Part shown: piece after piece, positions 27,761-38,349 of the stretch
Position numbering within the stretch: position 1 is the stretch's first letter
Layout of the letters: each line of letters opens with the position of its first letter
DNA from: Ignavibacteriales bacterium
GTDB lineage: Bacteria; Bacteroidota; Ignavibacteria; UBA10030
Assembly (NCBI GenBank): GCA_026390585.1
Contig: JAPLFP010000173.1
Span: forward strand, 269-64,268
DNA length: 64,000 nt
Reading direction: 5' to 3'
Translations under genes and position numbers: made by a program
The notes under the pieces: generated by a model
The model's database searches: none
The model's input: the letters and a program-made list of their open reading frames with translations, nothing else
Told to the model about the DNA's origin: nothing

Positions 27761-28171
27761 ATGGTACCTCAATCGATGATGTATGTCGGTGAGCTTCGCT
27801 GCAAAGCAACTCACGGCCCAAGCAACGTCGAGCTGGTGACGGACGCCCCGACCGACAATCAAGGTCGCGGCGAGAGCTTTTCTCCCACCGACCTTGTCGT
27901 TACCGCGATGGCAACATGTCAAGTGACAACCATGGGCATCGGCGCTCAACGCGACAACGTCGCTCTCAACGGCACAAAAGTCTACGCTGAAAAACACATG
28001 AGCACCGAGGGGCCACGGCGGATTGCCCGGATCGTCATCAGAATTGATTTTCCTGCCGGTATCCCCCGGGAGTATCGCGGGAAGCTCGAAAACACCGCGC
28101 GGACTTGCCCGGTGGCTCGAAGTCTGCACCCCGACGTTCTCGTCGAACAAACCTTCTCGTATCCTGATTGA
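27761..28171 (+). CDS. OsmC family peroxiredoxin-like protein
   Basis: 136 aa. The OsmC pattern has two Cys (…MATCQVTT… and …ARTCPVARSL…). Confidence 0.75.
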   Translation: MVPQSMMYVGELRCKATHGPSNVELVTDAPTDNQGRGESFSPTDLVVTAMATCQVTTMGIGAQRDNVALNGTKVYAEKHMSTEGPRRIARIVIRIDFPAGIPREYRGKLENTARTCPVARSLHPDVLVEQTFSYPD

Positions 28172-28195
28172 TGGCTTCTCATGATGTCGTGAGGC

Positions 28196-29359
28196 ATGAC
28201 GATGCCTTCTTCAAAACGATTCATCGCTCACCTTGACCTCGACTGCTTCTTCGTGTCCGTCGAACGGATCAAGGATCCCTCCCTGAATGGGAAACCGGTT
28301 GTTGTCGGCGGAACTCCAACAGGCCGCGGCGTTGTAGCGTCAGCGTCATACGAGGCGCGCGCCTTCGGCGTCCGGTCGGCGATGCCAACGGCAACTGCGT
28401 TACGGCTATGTCCCCACCTCACGATCGTCAGGGGACGCTACGGCGACTACACGAAGTACTCCAACAAGCTCTACCAACGAATCATGGAACTGGCTCCCGT
28501 CGTCGAGCGCGCTTCCATCGACGAAATGTACTTCGACCTGACCGGTTGCGAAGTCCTCTACAACAACGATCTCCCCGGATTCATCAAAAGACTACAGAGA
28601 ATTGTCTGGGATGAGTTTCATCTACCCTGCACGATATCCCTTGCTTCGAACAAGGTCATCGCAAAAATCGCTGCTCAAACCGTGAAACCCGCAGGCACTA
28701 TTTATGTTCCGCATGGAACCGAACAGGAATTCCTTGCGCCTCTTTCCGTCGATGCGATACCGGGTGTGGGCAAGAAGACCGGAGAAGTGCTGCGGAAGAA
28801 GGGGTTTCATCTTATCTCGGATCTCCAGAAGACATCGCGCGAAAAACTGGAGCGCGTCCTCGGCAAGCATGGGATTTGGATCCACGAGGTCGCCAACGGA
28901 TTCGGATCTGATGAACTCTCGACCGAGCACGAACGAAAAAGTATCGGCAACGAGGAAACGTTCGCAAAAGACATCGCGGACAAGAATGAGCTTCAAAGGA
29001 TCATCCTCTCGCTGACTGAGGAAGTTTGCTCTTCGCTACGATACCGACACCTCAAAGGACGCACGTTCACCCTGAAGCTCCGATATTCAGACTTTCAGAC
29101 GATCACGCGGGCGACGACAATTGAGCCGACAGACGACGACGGCATCGTCTTCAAGACAATGAAGGAGCTTCTCGAGATGTCCTATACGCGCCACCTTCCC
29201 CTCAGACTTCTTGGCGTCCGGGCATCACATTTGATGGAAGAGGAACAGCTCGAGCTGCAGCTCTTCCCCGGAGATCAGAAACGCACCAATATGCTGGACG
29301 CTGTGGACAAGATTCGGAAGAAATTCGGCGATGACGTGATCCACGTCGGCCGCCAATAG
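28196..29359 (+). CDS. dinB: DNA polymerase IV (Y-family)
   Basis: IAHLDLDCFFVSVE, SIDEMYFDL, and the ISLASNKVIAKIA…KP motifs. Confidence 0.9.
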   Translation: MTMPSSKRFIAHLDLDCFFVSVERIKDPSLNGKPVVVGGTPTGRGVVASASYEARAFGVRSAMPTATALRLCPHLTIVRGRYGDYTKYSNKLYQRIMELAPVVERASIDEMYFDLTGCEVLYNNDLPGFIKRLQRIVWDEFHLPCTISLASNKVIAKIAAQTVKPAGTIYVPHGTEQEFLAPLSVDAIPGVGKKTGEVLRKKGFHLISDLQKTSREKLERVLGKHGIWIHEVANGFGSDELSTEHERKSIGNEETFAKDIADKNELQRIILSLTEEVCSSLRYRHLKGRTFTLKLRYSDFQTITRATTIEPTDDDGIVFKTMKELLEMSYTRHLPLRLLGVRASHLMEEEQLELQLFPGDQKRTNMLDAVDKIRKKFGDDVIHVGRQ

Positions 29360-29497
29360 TCAGTTTTTGGCACCGATTTCAGCTGTCTTCTTCAAGATCC
29401 TCCCAGTGGGGAACGCGGCAACACTTTCCCTCGTTGGAAGGGTATCCAACTCAAACCTGCTTCAACATCCATCCACAATTCATAGGAGTGCTATTGT

Positions 29498-30109
29498 ATG
29501 AACAGACGTTCACTGAGCTTCCGCACGTTGTTTGCCATCCTTGCCGTAGTCGCTGCTCTCACTCTTCAAATGAATACAGTCGCCGCGAAGGATGAGCCAA
29601 AATCAGGATTCATCGCTGAAGTCCTCGGTCAGCTCGATCAAGTGAAGGGGCAAGTCATATCTCTCGAAGGCGCCATACCTCAGGACAAATTCAGCTGGCG
29701 GCCGATGGAAGGCGTTCGCTCGGTCAGCGAAGTGTACCTTCATATTGCCGACGGACTTTATATCTTTGCTAATGCAGCAGGATTGAAATCCCCGTATGAT
29801 AACAAAACGCTGTTCGATGAAAAGACCCGGGATGTAAGAACTACCGATAAGGCGGAGATCGCAAAGGAGTTGAATACTTCTTTTGATTGGACAAAGAGTG
29901 CAATCGCTAAGTTGACAAATGCCGATCTCGAAAAGAAGGTAGAATTCTTTGGAATGAAGATGACCGTCCGAAACGTCTTGATCACACTGCTGAACCATAC
30001 GCACGAGCACCTTGGGCAGTCGATCGCCTATGCACGCTCGAACGGAGTGGTTCCGCCGTGGACAGCAAAGCAGCAGGAAGAAATGAATAGGAATGCGTCG
30101 AAGAAATAG
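29498..30109 (+). CDS. DinB/YfiT-like (DUF664) four-helix metalloprotein family, secreted
   Basis: Signal peptide plus a His triad context (…EVYLHIADG…, …LNHTHEHLGQ…). Confidence 0.65.
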   Translation: MNRRSLSFRTLFAILAVVAALTLQMNTVAAKDEPKSGFIAEVLGQLDQVKGQVISLEGAIPQDKFSWRPMEGVRSVSEVYLHIADGLYIFANAAGLKSPYDNKTLFDEKTRDVRTTDKAEIAKELNTSFDWTKSAIAKLTNADLEKKVEFFGMKMTVRNVLITLLNHTHEHLGQSIAYARSNGVVPPWTAKQQEEMNRNASKK

Positions 30110-30130
30110 GATCAGAGAAAAGGGCCCGAA

Positions 30131-30164
30131 GGTCTGCGTTGTCCATTTGACTGCAACGCAGACC
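30131..30164. terminator. Strong hairpin between convergent genes
   Basis: Perfect 11-bp stem GGTCTGCGTTG (30131..30141) pairs with CAACGCAGACC (30154..30164). It is preceded by GGGCCCGAAGG and has no clear U-tract. Confidence 0.45.
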
Positions 30165-30199
30165 AACCAGCCCATCAGACCAGATGCACTTTCTGCCTG

Positions 30200-30391
30200 C
30201 TACTGTCGATTGAGAACGGTCGACGGAAAAAGAATGATGGCCTTCAGCAGACTCAAGACCCCGTCAACCGCAATTCCGACCAGCCGGAATGGAAGAACCA
30301 ACATCCAGACGATTGGATAAAGCACCAAAGCCAACAATGCCAACGGCCAACAGAGGAACAGGAGAATAAGCCAAAGCAGGAATCTTGTCAT
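30200..30391 (-). CDS. Small membrane protein (63 aa), hypothetical
   Basis: Two hydrophobic helices (…LLWLILLFLCWPLALLALVLYPIVWMLVLPF…). Confidence 0.4.
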   Translation of the reverse strand: MTRFLLWLILLFLCWPLALLALVLYPIVWMLVLPFRLVGIAVDGVLSLLKAIILFPSTVLNRQ

Positions 30392-30547
30392 TCGTCACCT
30401 CTCTTCAAGCTTACGCTTTCATGTTCTTCAAGTTGCGCCCATCCCATTTTTTGCTCCGCAACCACCCCACGTTCATTGACCGTAGCCAGTTTTTTCCCTA
30501 CTATTGATCCAAGCCACCGTTGTGTTTTCACAGACCGAAATCCTCGC

Positions 30548-30991
30548 ATGCCACGCGTAAAGCTTGCCCTACCTGCAAAAACGATTTTCACAACTCAAAT
30601 ACCTGTGCGCGTCACCGATATCAACTACTACGGCGGCCATCTCGGCAACGACTCTCTCCTGTCCATTCTGCACGAAGCGCGAGTCCAGTTTCTGAAGAAA
30701 TTCGGGTTCACGGAATCGAACATTGACGGAGTCGGGATCATCATGTCGGATGCGGTTCTTGTGTACAAAGCGGAAGTGTTCTATGGTGACGTGTTGACAA
30801 TCGAAATCGGGGTCGATGATCTTGAGGCAATCGGAGCGGACATTACTTACCGAGTACTGGTCGGCGAAAAGGAAGCAGCGCGCGCAAAAACCGGCATTGT
30901 GTTTTTCGATTATGGAAACCGAAAGATCGTTCAGACACCCCCTGCATTCAAAGATCTGTTCGGGCCTCCTGTTGAATCGGTGAAAAAATGA
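30548..30991 (+). CDS. Hotdog-fold acyl-CoA thioesterase (4HBT-like)
   Basis: …VRVTDINYYGHLGN…, with typical length and pattern of YbgC/4HBT thioesterases. ATG at 30548 is preferred. Confidence 0.65.
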   Translation: MPRVKLALPAKTIFTTQIPVRVTDINYYGGHLGNDSLLSILHEARVQFLKKFGFTESNIDGVGIIMSDAVLVYKAEVFYGDVLTIEIGVDDLEAIGADITYRVLVGEKEAARAKTGIVFFDYGNRKIVQTPPAFKDLFGPPVESVKK

Positions 30992-32238
30992 AGAACCCAT
31001 CAGAGCAATTGCCGGTGGACCACATTGATGAAATCGCTGAATCGTACGTGAAGCTCGTCCTTTCTGTCGGCGAACACGACAGCGACTACGTCGATGCGTA
31101 TTTCGGCCCGCCCCAGTGGCGGGAGCACGTCAAAGCCAATCCAGTCCCGCTCGACACAATTCGCGTGCATGCCCACGGATTGCTGGGAAACCTCAACGTC
31201 ATCGGAGTCCCGTCACGCGAGGAAATTGAAAAGCTGCGGCATCACTACCTGGCCCAACAGCTGCGTTCTTTGTCGGCACGGGTCGAAATGCTCAAAGGCA
31301 AGTCGTTTTCATTCGACGAAGAAGCTCTCGCCCTCTATGATGCTCACCCACCGCATCATCCCGAAACTTTTTTCCAGGATGTTTTGGGAAAACTTGATGG
31401 CCTTGTCCCCGGGTCCGGGACTTTGGCTCATCGCTATGACCGATATCGCAGCTCCTTTGTCGTTCCCGTCGGGAAACTGGATGCGGTTTTCCAGGCAGCG
31501 ATTCAAGAATGCAGGGAGCGGACCGGTAGGAACATTCTTTTACCCCCCGGCGAGCGATTCACTCTCGACTATGTCACGAACAAACCGTGGAGCGGCTACA
31601 ATTGGTACAAGGGTAATAGCATCAGTCTCATTCAAATAAATACCGATCTCCCCATCTATATCGATCGGGCAATCGATCTGGCTGCGCATGAGGGATATCC
31701 GGGGCATCATGTCTACAATAGCCTCCTGGAGGCACATCTCGCGAGGAAGAGGGGCTGGATCGAGTTCACGATCTATGCACTGTTCAGTCCGCAATCGCTG
31801 ATCGCTGAAGGAACTGCCAATTTCGGAATCGAAGTTGCATTTCCCGGCAACGAAAGAGTGGAGTTCGAGCGAAGCGTGCTCTTCCCTCTCGCTGGTCTCG
31901 ATGGGTCTGCAGCAGAACAGTATTACGCGATCCACAATCTCACGGGCGCTCTCAACTACGCTCACAACGAGGCCGCACGGGGCTATCTGGATGGAACGAT
32001 GACGCGAGATCAAGCCGAGCAATGGCTCGTTACGTATGCCCTGATGTCCCCCGAGCGCGCCAAACAACGCGTGCGATTCATCGACGCGTATCGCAGCTAT
32101 GTGATCAACTACAATCTCGGGCAGGACCTAGTCCGGAAACATATCGAGATGCGAGGCGGAACCGCTGACAACCCAGCGAAGAGATGGGAGGAGTTCAAGG
32201 TTCTCATTTCCTCTCCGAGACTTCCTTCCGGTCTCTGA
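30988..32238 (+). CDS. DUF885-like protein (putative metalloenzyme fold)
   Basis: The motif AAHEGYPGHHV resembles the DUF885 HExxPGHH signature. Its ATG overlaps the upstream stop (ATGA). Confidence 0.5.
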   Translation: MKNPSEQLPVDHIDEIAESYVKLVLSVGEHDSDYVDAYFGPPQWREHVKANPVPLDTIRVHAHGLLGNLNVIGVPSREEIEKLRHHYLAQQLRSLSARVEMLKGKSFSFDEEALALYDAHPPHHPETFFQDVLGKLDGLVPGSGTLAHRYDRYRSSFVVPVGKLDAVFQAAIQECRERTGRNILLPPGERFTLDYVTNKPWSGYNWYKGNSISLIQINTDLPIYIDRAIDLAAHEGYPGHHVYNSLLEAHLARKRGWIEFTIYALFSPQSLIAEGTANFGIEVAFPGNERVEFERSVLFPLAGLDGSAAEQYYAIHNLTGALNYAHNEAARGYLDGTMTRDQAEQWLVTYALMSPERAKQRVRFIDAYRSYVINYNLGQDLVRKHIEMRGGTADNPAKRWEEFKVLISSPRLPSGL

Positions 32239-32265
32239 GGCCGGTTCATAAAAAGACGGACGCTC

Positions 32266-33060
32266 ATGGCTCGATGTAAACTGTTTATCGAATATGATGG
32301 TACCAGGTACAGCGGCTGGCAGATACAGAAGAACGCCCGCACGGTGGCAGGAGAGTTGACCTCTGCGATCGGCAAAGTTCTCGATTCTGCAGATTTCGAG
32401 CTGTATGGAGCAGGCCGAACGGATGCTGGAGTGCACGCCCTCCGCCAGGTGGCTCATCTCGAAGCAAAAACAATGCTTGCACCGGAAATTCTGCGACGGA
32501 AGATCAACGATGAACTTCCGGCCGACGTGAACATTCTGGAAATCGAGAAAGCGTCTCCGCAATTCCATGCCCGGCATGACGCCGTCGCAAGAAGCTATCT
32601 CTATCAAATCAGCAGGCGACGGACTGCGTTCGGCAAAAAGATGGTCTGGTGGATCAAGGATCCACTCGACATCAACAAGATGCAAGCGGCGGCGGATCTT
32701 TTCGTTGGAATGAAGGACTTTCAATCGTTTACGGCTGATGACCCTGAAGAAAAGTCAACGAAAGTCCATATCGAAAAAATAGAAGTCCGAGAACACGGCG
32801 ACTTGATCCTCATTCGTTTCCTGGGATCCCACTTCCTCTGGAAGATGGTTCGCCAGGTCGTGGGCGTCATCGCGGAAGTTGGAAGAGGTAAACTAAGCAT
32901 CGAACAGGCAGGAACGTTTCTCGTTCGACGGTCAAACCAACCTGCAGCGCTGACAGCTCCGCCTTCCGGTCTCTTTCTGGAGCGAATCTACTATCCTCAG
33001 GACAAGAAACTCGAAAGCCTCGAACCGGTATTGCCTCTCCACTCGGAGCCAAAGCGATGA
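32266..33060 (+). CDS. truA: tRNA pseudouridine(38-40) synthase
   Basis: YDGTRYSGWQ and the catalytic GAGRTDAGVHA motif. 264 aa. Confidence 0.9.
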   Translation: MARCKLFIEYDGTRYSGWQIQKNARTVAGELTSAIGKVLDSADFELYGAGRTDAGVHALRQVAHLEAKTMLAPEILRRKINDELPADVNILEIEKASPQFHARHDAVARSYLYQISRRRTAFGKKMVWWIKDPLDINKMQAAADLFVGMKDFQSFTADDPEEKSTKVHIEKIEVREHGDLILIRFLGSHFLWKMVRQVVGVIAEVGRGKLSIEQAGTFLVRRSNQPAALTAPPSGLFLERIYYPQDKKLESLEPVLPLHSEPKR

Positions 33061-33569
33061 CAGGATCCAGGAGAGCCCTGATCATCTTTCTTGTCATGAT
33101 CACATGTGTCGGTTGTGATCAGGCAGCGAAGACTTATGCTACACGCACGTTGGCGAACCGCCAGCCAATCGGCATTTTCGGGGAAATGTTCCGGCTTCAG
33201 TACACGGAAAACACAGGGGCGATGATGGGGGTTGGAGGAGACCTACCAGAAAGCACTCGATTCTGGCTCTTTGTCGTTTTTAACAGTTGCGCCCTATTAG
33301 CTATACTCGCATATACGATCCTCGGCAAGAGCCTCCGGACTGCGGATATCTTTTCGTTTTCGTTGATTCTCGGGGGTGGAGCGGGAAATCTCATCGATCG
33401 GCTTTTCAAGGGGGGCGTGGTCATCGATTTCATGATTCTTACGTTGGGGTCTCTCAAGACCGCAATCTTCAACATAGCAGACGCTGCTGTTATTAGCGGG
33501 CTTTTGTTGCTTGCGATTTCGAATCTTCCGTGGTTCGCACGACGCCTTGAAGATGGGAGCAAGAGTTGA
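33057..33569 (+). CDS. lspA: Lipoprotein signal peptidase (signal peptidase II)
   Basis: Four TM helices with GGAGNLIDR and FNIADAAV motifs. The start overlaps the truA stop. Confidence 0.88.
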   Translation: MTGSRRALIIFLVMITCVGCDQAAKTYATRTLANRQPIGIFGEMFRLQYTENTGAMMGVGGDLPESTRFWLFVVFNSCALLAILAYTILGKSLRTADIFSFSLILGGGAGNLIDRLFKGGVVIDFMILTLGSLKTAIFNIADAAVISGLLLLAISNLPWFARRLEDGSKS

Positions 33570-33739
33570 AAGTTGCCCGGATTCTTGATAAACTTGGGCG
33601 TTGTCGACCTGAATCTCGAGGAGTTAGTGTCATACAAGGCAAGGCCTCAGGGGTTGTGTTGTATGTCATCAATTCCAGAAACTCGAAGAAGTATTTTTAT
33701 GAAACACTACCATTTGTCAACATCAGACTGGACTGAGCC

Positions 33740-33991
33740 ATGTACGAAGCGATTATTCTGATAACAGGTCTTGTCATCCTTTTTCTTGGTGTCCGTCTCG
33801 TCATGAAGTTCCGCGAGATGGCAAGATGGAAGGACGAAGACGCGATCGTTGGCGGAAAGGGCAATTCCGCTCTCCCGCCTGAGCTCCGAGAATTGAAAAT
33901 CGATGAGCCGTCAGATGATGACATCAATCGTGCGGATATTCGGGAAGAAAAGAGCGCTCCCGGCAACAACGTGACGCCAAAACAGACATAA
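33740..33991 (+). CDS. Small single-pass membrane protein, hypothetical
   Basis: N-terminal TM helix (IILITGLVILFLGVRLV) and a charged tail. 83 aa. Confidence 0.35.
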   Translation: MYEAIILITGLVILFLGVRLVMKFREMARWKDEDAIVGGKGNSALPPELRELKIDEPSDDDINRADIREEKSAPGNNVTPKQT

Positions 33992-34072
33992 TCGATCCAG
34001 ACTCTCTTCTGCACGAGCACATCGGTCCTTCACGCCAGCACCCACGGCTGAGTTGATCAAGGAGACACTCCA

Positions 34073-35884
34073 ATGCCAAGAACCACCCCACCGAAAACCA
34101 CGCATAGACTGATCGGATCTTTGCCGAAAATCGGTATTCGGCCAACGATCGACGGCAGGAGAAAGGGTGTTCGCGAATCGCTGGAAGAAGCAACAATGGC
34201 AATGGCGAAAAGCGTAGCCGCTCTCATCTCAACGAATCTCCGTCATGCAGACGGGACTCGCGTCAAGTGTATTGTCGCCGACTCTTGTATTGGAGGGGTT
34301 GCAGAGGCGGCGACGACTGCGGAAAAGTTCTCCCGCGAAGGTGTCGGGGTCTCGCTCACCGTCACCCCCTGCTGGTGCTACGGGGCAGAGACCCTGGACA
34401 GGGATCCCCTGATGCCGAAGGCAATTTGGGGCTTCAACGGTACCGAGCGACCGGGAGCCGTCTATCTAGCGGCAGCTCTGGCAGGACATAACCAAAAGGG
34501 ATTGCCTGCATTCGGAATCTATGGACGAGATGTTCAGGATGCGGGAGATACTTCCATTCCGAAAGATGTTCAGGAGAAAATACTTCAGTTTGTCCATTCG
34601 GGTTTGGCCGTCGCGACCATGAGGGGAAAATCGTATTTGGCCATGGGAGGGGTTTCCATGGGGATTGCCGGTTCAATCGTCGATCAATCGTTTTTCGAGA
34701 GCTATTTGGGAATGCGCGTCGAGACGGTGGACATGAGCGAATTCGCCAGGCGAATTTCAGCAGAGATCTATGACAAGCAGGAATTCGCGAAAGCAATGAA
34801 ATGGGCAAAGACCCACTGCAAAGAAGGAAAGGATTACAACCCGCCGAAACTGCAGAAGAGCCGCGCAGAGAAGGATCGCGATTGGGAGACGGTCGTCAAG
34901 ATGACGATGATTGCACGGGACCTGATGATCGGCAATCAGAATCTTTCCGACGCGGGATTTGGCGAAGAAGCGCTGGGCCACAATGCCATTGCCGGCGGAT
35001 TCCAGGGACAACGACAGTGGACGGATCACCAGCCAAACGGCGACTTCCTCGAGGCGATCCTCAATTCATCGTTCGATTGGAACGGCATCCGTCAACCAAT
35101 CATCGTGGCGACAGAGAATGACTCTCTGAATGGACTCTGCATGTTGTTTGGTCATTTGCTGACGAACACCGCACAGATCTTTGCGGACGTCAGGACATAC
35201 TGGAGCCCTGCCGCTGTCAAGCGTGTGACCGGCTACAAACTGACGGGAGCCGCCACGCGCGGTATCATCCATCTCATCAATTCAGGGGCAGCTGCACTCG
35301 ATGGCACAGGGCAACAATCCGCCGACGGAAAACCGGTGATGAAACCATTCTGGGAAATCTCCGACCAAGAAGCGCAGAAGTGCCTGAAAGCGACGACCTG
35401 GTATCCTGCAATGAGGGAGTACTTCGGCGGGGGTGGATACTCTTCCGGCTACTTGACACGGGGAGGAATGCCTGCCACCATGTTTCGGCTGAATCTGATC
35501 AAAGGACTCGGGCCTTCGCTTCAGATCGCAGAAGGGTACACTGTCGACCTTCCGGGAAAGGTCGATCACACGCTCGAGGAACGCACCGATCGTACCTGGC
35601 CCACGACCTGGTTCGCCCCGAATCCGGGGAATGATGCTCCATTCCGTGACGCGTACGATGTGATGAACAATTGGGGAGCGAACCACTGTGTGATGAGCTT
35701 CGGCCACATCGGCAGCCAACTCATCACGCTTGCGTCCATGCTCAGAATTCCGGTCTCGATGCACAACGTCGACGATCAACATGTTTTCCGCCCCAGCGCG
35801 TGGACGGCTTTCGGCTCAAAAGATCTTGAAAGTGCCGACTTCCGAGCTTGCAGGAATTATGGACCGCTGTACGGATCGTACTGA
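34073..35884 (+). CDS. fucI: L-fucose isomerase
   Basis: 603 aa. N-terminus [14 protein letters not shown]…, with length and overall pattern as in FucI. AAGGAG lies upstream. Confidence 0.8.
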   Translation: MPRTTPPKTTHRLIGSLPKIGIRPTIDGRRKGVRESLEEATMAMAKSVAALISTNLRHADGTRVKCIVADSCIGGVAEAATTAEKFSREGVGVSLTVTPCWCYGAETLDRDPLMPKAIWGFNGTERPGAVYLAAALAGHNQKGLPAFGIYGRDVQDAGDTSIPKDVQEKILQFVHSGLAVATMRGKSYLAMGGVSMGIAGSIVDQSFFESYLGMRVETVDMSEFARRISAEIYDKQEFAKAMKWAKTHCKEGKDYNPPKLQKSRAEKDRDWETVVKMTMIARDLMIGNQNLSDAGFGEEALGHNAIAGGFQGQRQWTDHQPNGDFLEAILNSSFDWNGIRQPIIVATENDSLNGLCMLFGHLLTNTAQIFADVRTYWSPAAVKRVTGYKLTGAATRGIIHLINSGAAALDGTGQQSADGKPVMKPFWEISDQEAQKCLKATTWYPAMREYFGGGGYSSGYLTRGGMPATMFRLNLIKGLGPSLQIAEGYTVDLPGKVDHTLEERTDRTWPTTWFAPNPGNDAPFRDAYDVMNNWGANHCVMSFGHIGSQLITLASMLRIPVSMHNVDDQHVFRPSAWTAFGSKDLESADFRACRNYGPLYGSY

Positions 35885-36171
35885 CAAGAGTACATTCCGA
35901 GGATATCACGCTATACTTCAGAACTCTCCAGAAGGAAGGGACCCAATCCTCGAGGTGACCGACAGCACGGACGCCCAAAGGATGCACTCTGGATTTGGAA
36001 CTCGTGGATTTTCTCGTATATTGCTGAAGTTTCTCTGGATGAAACCTTCAGAGGGATACGAACTCACCGCCAGGCGCAGTCACTCATCCAGGCGGTCGCC
36101 ACCCGCATCGGTGCAAGTTTGATCGTTCAAATCGTCAGACCGCAAAACGACCCAATAGCCACGGTGTATTG

Positions 36172-36726
36172 ATGAGTCGAATCGTGCAACACCTCAATGC
36201 GGCGAAGGTACTCTTCGCGCTCCTCCTCATGTTCGCCCTGACCTTGTGTGCATGCATCTCTTCCGAAGAAGCAGGAACAGCGAAGAAGGTCGGAGCGCCC
36301 GTTGCGAGCCAGACTATCACGGATTCGGTCCGGGCGAAGGTCGATTCTCTGATGCGAGCCGATTCGGCCCGCGCAAAGCGCGCAGGATTTACCTCGCAAC
36401 ATGACACTCTCGTCGCCTCGGTCGTCAAGACCTCCAAATCTTCCTCCCGTTCCATCAAGCCAATCGAGCGTCCTGCCAATGCGGCCTATACAGTTCAGGT
36501 GGGTGCGTTCGCGCGCACTCAGCATGCTCTTCAGACGCAGAAACTGGCCCGCGAGCGATGCGGTGATCTCCCCATTTTCAACTACTTCGAGCCTTATGAC
36601 AAGCTCTATCGGGTTCGTGTGGGGAAATTTGACACCCGCCAACAAGCAGACTCACTGAGGAAGTGGATGATCAAGCAGTTCCCGAACGACTACACAGATT
36701 CCTGGATCAACTATATTTCCAAATGA
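36172..36726 (+). CDS. SPOR domain-containing protein
   Basis: Signal/anchor region followed by a C-terminal SPOR repeat (YTVQVGAF…LYRVRVGKFDTRQQADSL). Confidence 0.75.
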   Translation: MSRIVQHLNAAKVLFALLLMFALTLCACISSEEAGTAKKVGAPVASQTITDSVRAKVDSLMRADSARAKRAGFTSQHDTLVASVVKTSKSSSRSIKPIERPANAAYTVQVGAFARTQHALQTQKLARERCGDLPIFNYFEPYDKLYRVRVGKFDTRQQADSLRKWMIKQFPNDYTDSWINYISK

Positions 36727-37271
36727 AGCGTTGGCTTCCCATCATAGCGCTCGCTGCGTTCCTTGTGGTTTTCTCTGGATGCGGTACAACAGAAAGTGCT
36801 CGCAAGAGCTCGACCTCACCGATCGGCGAACAGGATCACAAAGTCGCCCTTTCGCAGTTCGAGAAGACGTTCAATCCATCCGACTATGACGACGGAATTG
36901 AGGTCGTTCAGAAACAGCATGCATTCGAACAGCAACGCGCCACCGGTGAGCACCAGCAAGACAGCGTCGTGGTGGAATCCGAGCTCACGCAGGGATATCG
37001 AATCCAGATTTTCGCCACAGGAAGCATCGATGATGCGAATGCCATGAGGCAGACGGCGGTACAGCGACTCCCTGAGGATTCTGTGTATGTCGTCTTCGAT
37101 CCTCCGGTCTACAAGGTCAGAGTCGGCGATTTCCTCACGCGGGTTGAAGCAAATCAACGGCTCGGGGTCATCAGCGCATTGGGATTTGCCGACGCCTGGG
37201 TCGTGGGAGACAAGATCACGATTCGCAAGTCGGTCCGGGTTCAGCCCTCAGGCAACATCCGGAAACAGTAG
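36723..37271 (+). CDS. SPOR domain-containing lipoprotein
   Basis: Lipobox VFSGC and SPOR repeat (YRIQIFAT…VYKVRVGDFLTRVEANQ). Its ATG overlaps the upstream stop (ATGA). Confidence 0.75.
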   Translation: MKRWLPIIALAAFLVVFSGCGTTESARKSSTSPIGEQDHKVALSQFEKTFNPSDYDDGIEVVQKQHAFEQQRATGEHQQDSVVVESELTQGYRIQIFATGSIDDANAMRQTAVQRLPEDSVYVVFDPPVYKVRVGDFLTRVEANQRLGVISALGFADAWVVGDKITIRKSVRVQPSGNIRKQ

Positions 37272-37486
37272 GCTACAAACGGCGGGGACACTGTCCACCC
37301 CACCTCCTTGGAGATCCTCAGTCCGTCTCCAGCCTCTCTTGCCGAACGAAGCCGTTCCGATTCTGTTTCACAACCGCATTGCCTCTGCAGAGGCTTCGCG
37401 TATGACAGTCCAAGAGCGCAGCGTCGCTTCCGCTCATGCGCAGGGAAAGACCATCCCCAACTCCAGAAGCACCAAGGAAGTAGAAC

Positions 37487-38305
37487 ATGGATCTTGTTCT
37501 TTTTGATCTGGGCGGTACATTGATTGACGATCCCTTTGAGGACGTCCTGCGCGAGATTCGCTCCGATCTTGTTGCGGAGTTCAGAAATTGGAATCTTGAA
37601 GAAAATGCGGTCGCGGAATTCCTCGTCTCTTGGCGTGAAGCCAACCTGAAGTCCGATCATCCGTTTGCGAGCCACTTCTTGCAGGAAGAGACATGGATTG
37701 CAGAAGCCCTGGTCAATCTCTATCGCGCCCGGGCCATTCCCCCGATGCAGGAGATCCCGTTGCTTTCGCTGACAATCTTGAGACGGTATCGCGAGCTTGC
37801 CGCTGTCCAGATTAGCAATCAGACCCAGCTGGCAGCGTTGAGGCAACTCCTCGAATGGCTCAGGAGCGGGGGAACGATTGTAGGGGTTGCTTCCAATGAC
37901 AGGGAGTTTGCCACCCGCACAATGTTGATCTGGGCAAACCTCGCCAAGTTCATGGAATGGGTTTTTACGAGCGAGGGACTTTCAAAGCAATATGCAGGAG
38001 CCGAGAAACCTGCCCCGGAGTTCTTTCACGCGATTTTCTCTGAATTGGGTCGGCCGGTGAGTGCATGGGACAATGTCTTCTATGTCGGCGACTCAGAAAA
38101 GAACGACATCATTCCCGCCAAATCGCTGGGTATTCGCACTGTTCGCTTCCTGAACAAGAAACATCCAAAAAATGCTTCGTGGCTTGACACAACCATTGCG
38201 AGTCTCGCTGAATATCAGTGCACCGAGCGGGAACAGCTGCAGGATATTTTTCGAAAGGCACTGAACGATCCAAAAAGGGAGAGCAAAACGGTGAGCCCAG
38301 GATGA
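37487..38305 (+). CDS. HAD superfamily hydrolase
   Basis: Motif I (FDLGGTLID) and motif III/IV (…YVGDSEKNDI…). Confidence 0.7.
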   Translation: MDLVLFDLGGTLIDDPFEDVLREIRSDLVAEFRNWNLEENAVAEFLVSWREANLKSDHPFASHFLQEETWIAEALVNLYRARAIPPMQEIPLLSLTILRRYRELAAVQISNQTQLAALRQLLEWLRSGGTIVGVASNDREFATRTMLIWANLAKFMEWVFTSEGLSKQYAGAEKPAPEFFHAIFSELGRPVSAWDNVFYVGDSEKNDIIPAKSLGIRTVRFLNKKHPKNASWLDTTIASLAEYQCTEREQLQDIFRKALNDPKRESKTVSPG

Positions 38306-38349
38306 GAGCGAAGATGGAACACGAGCTCGTTCTCATCATCCAGACAATC

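Noticed and set aside
36127-36645. A 172-aa minus-strand ORF.
   Set aside because: It lies antisense to the SPOR-domain gene, which has a clear signal sequence and SPOR repeat. The translation is Arg/Gly-rich and non-homologous-looking.
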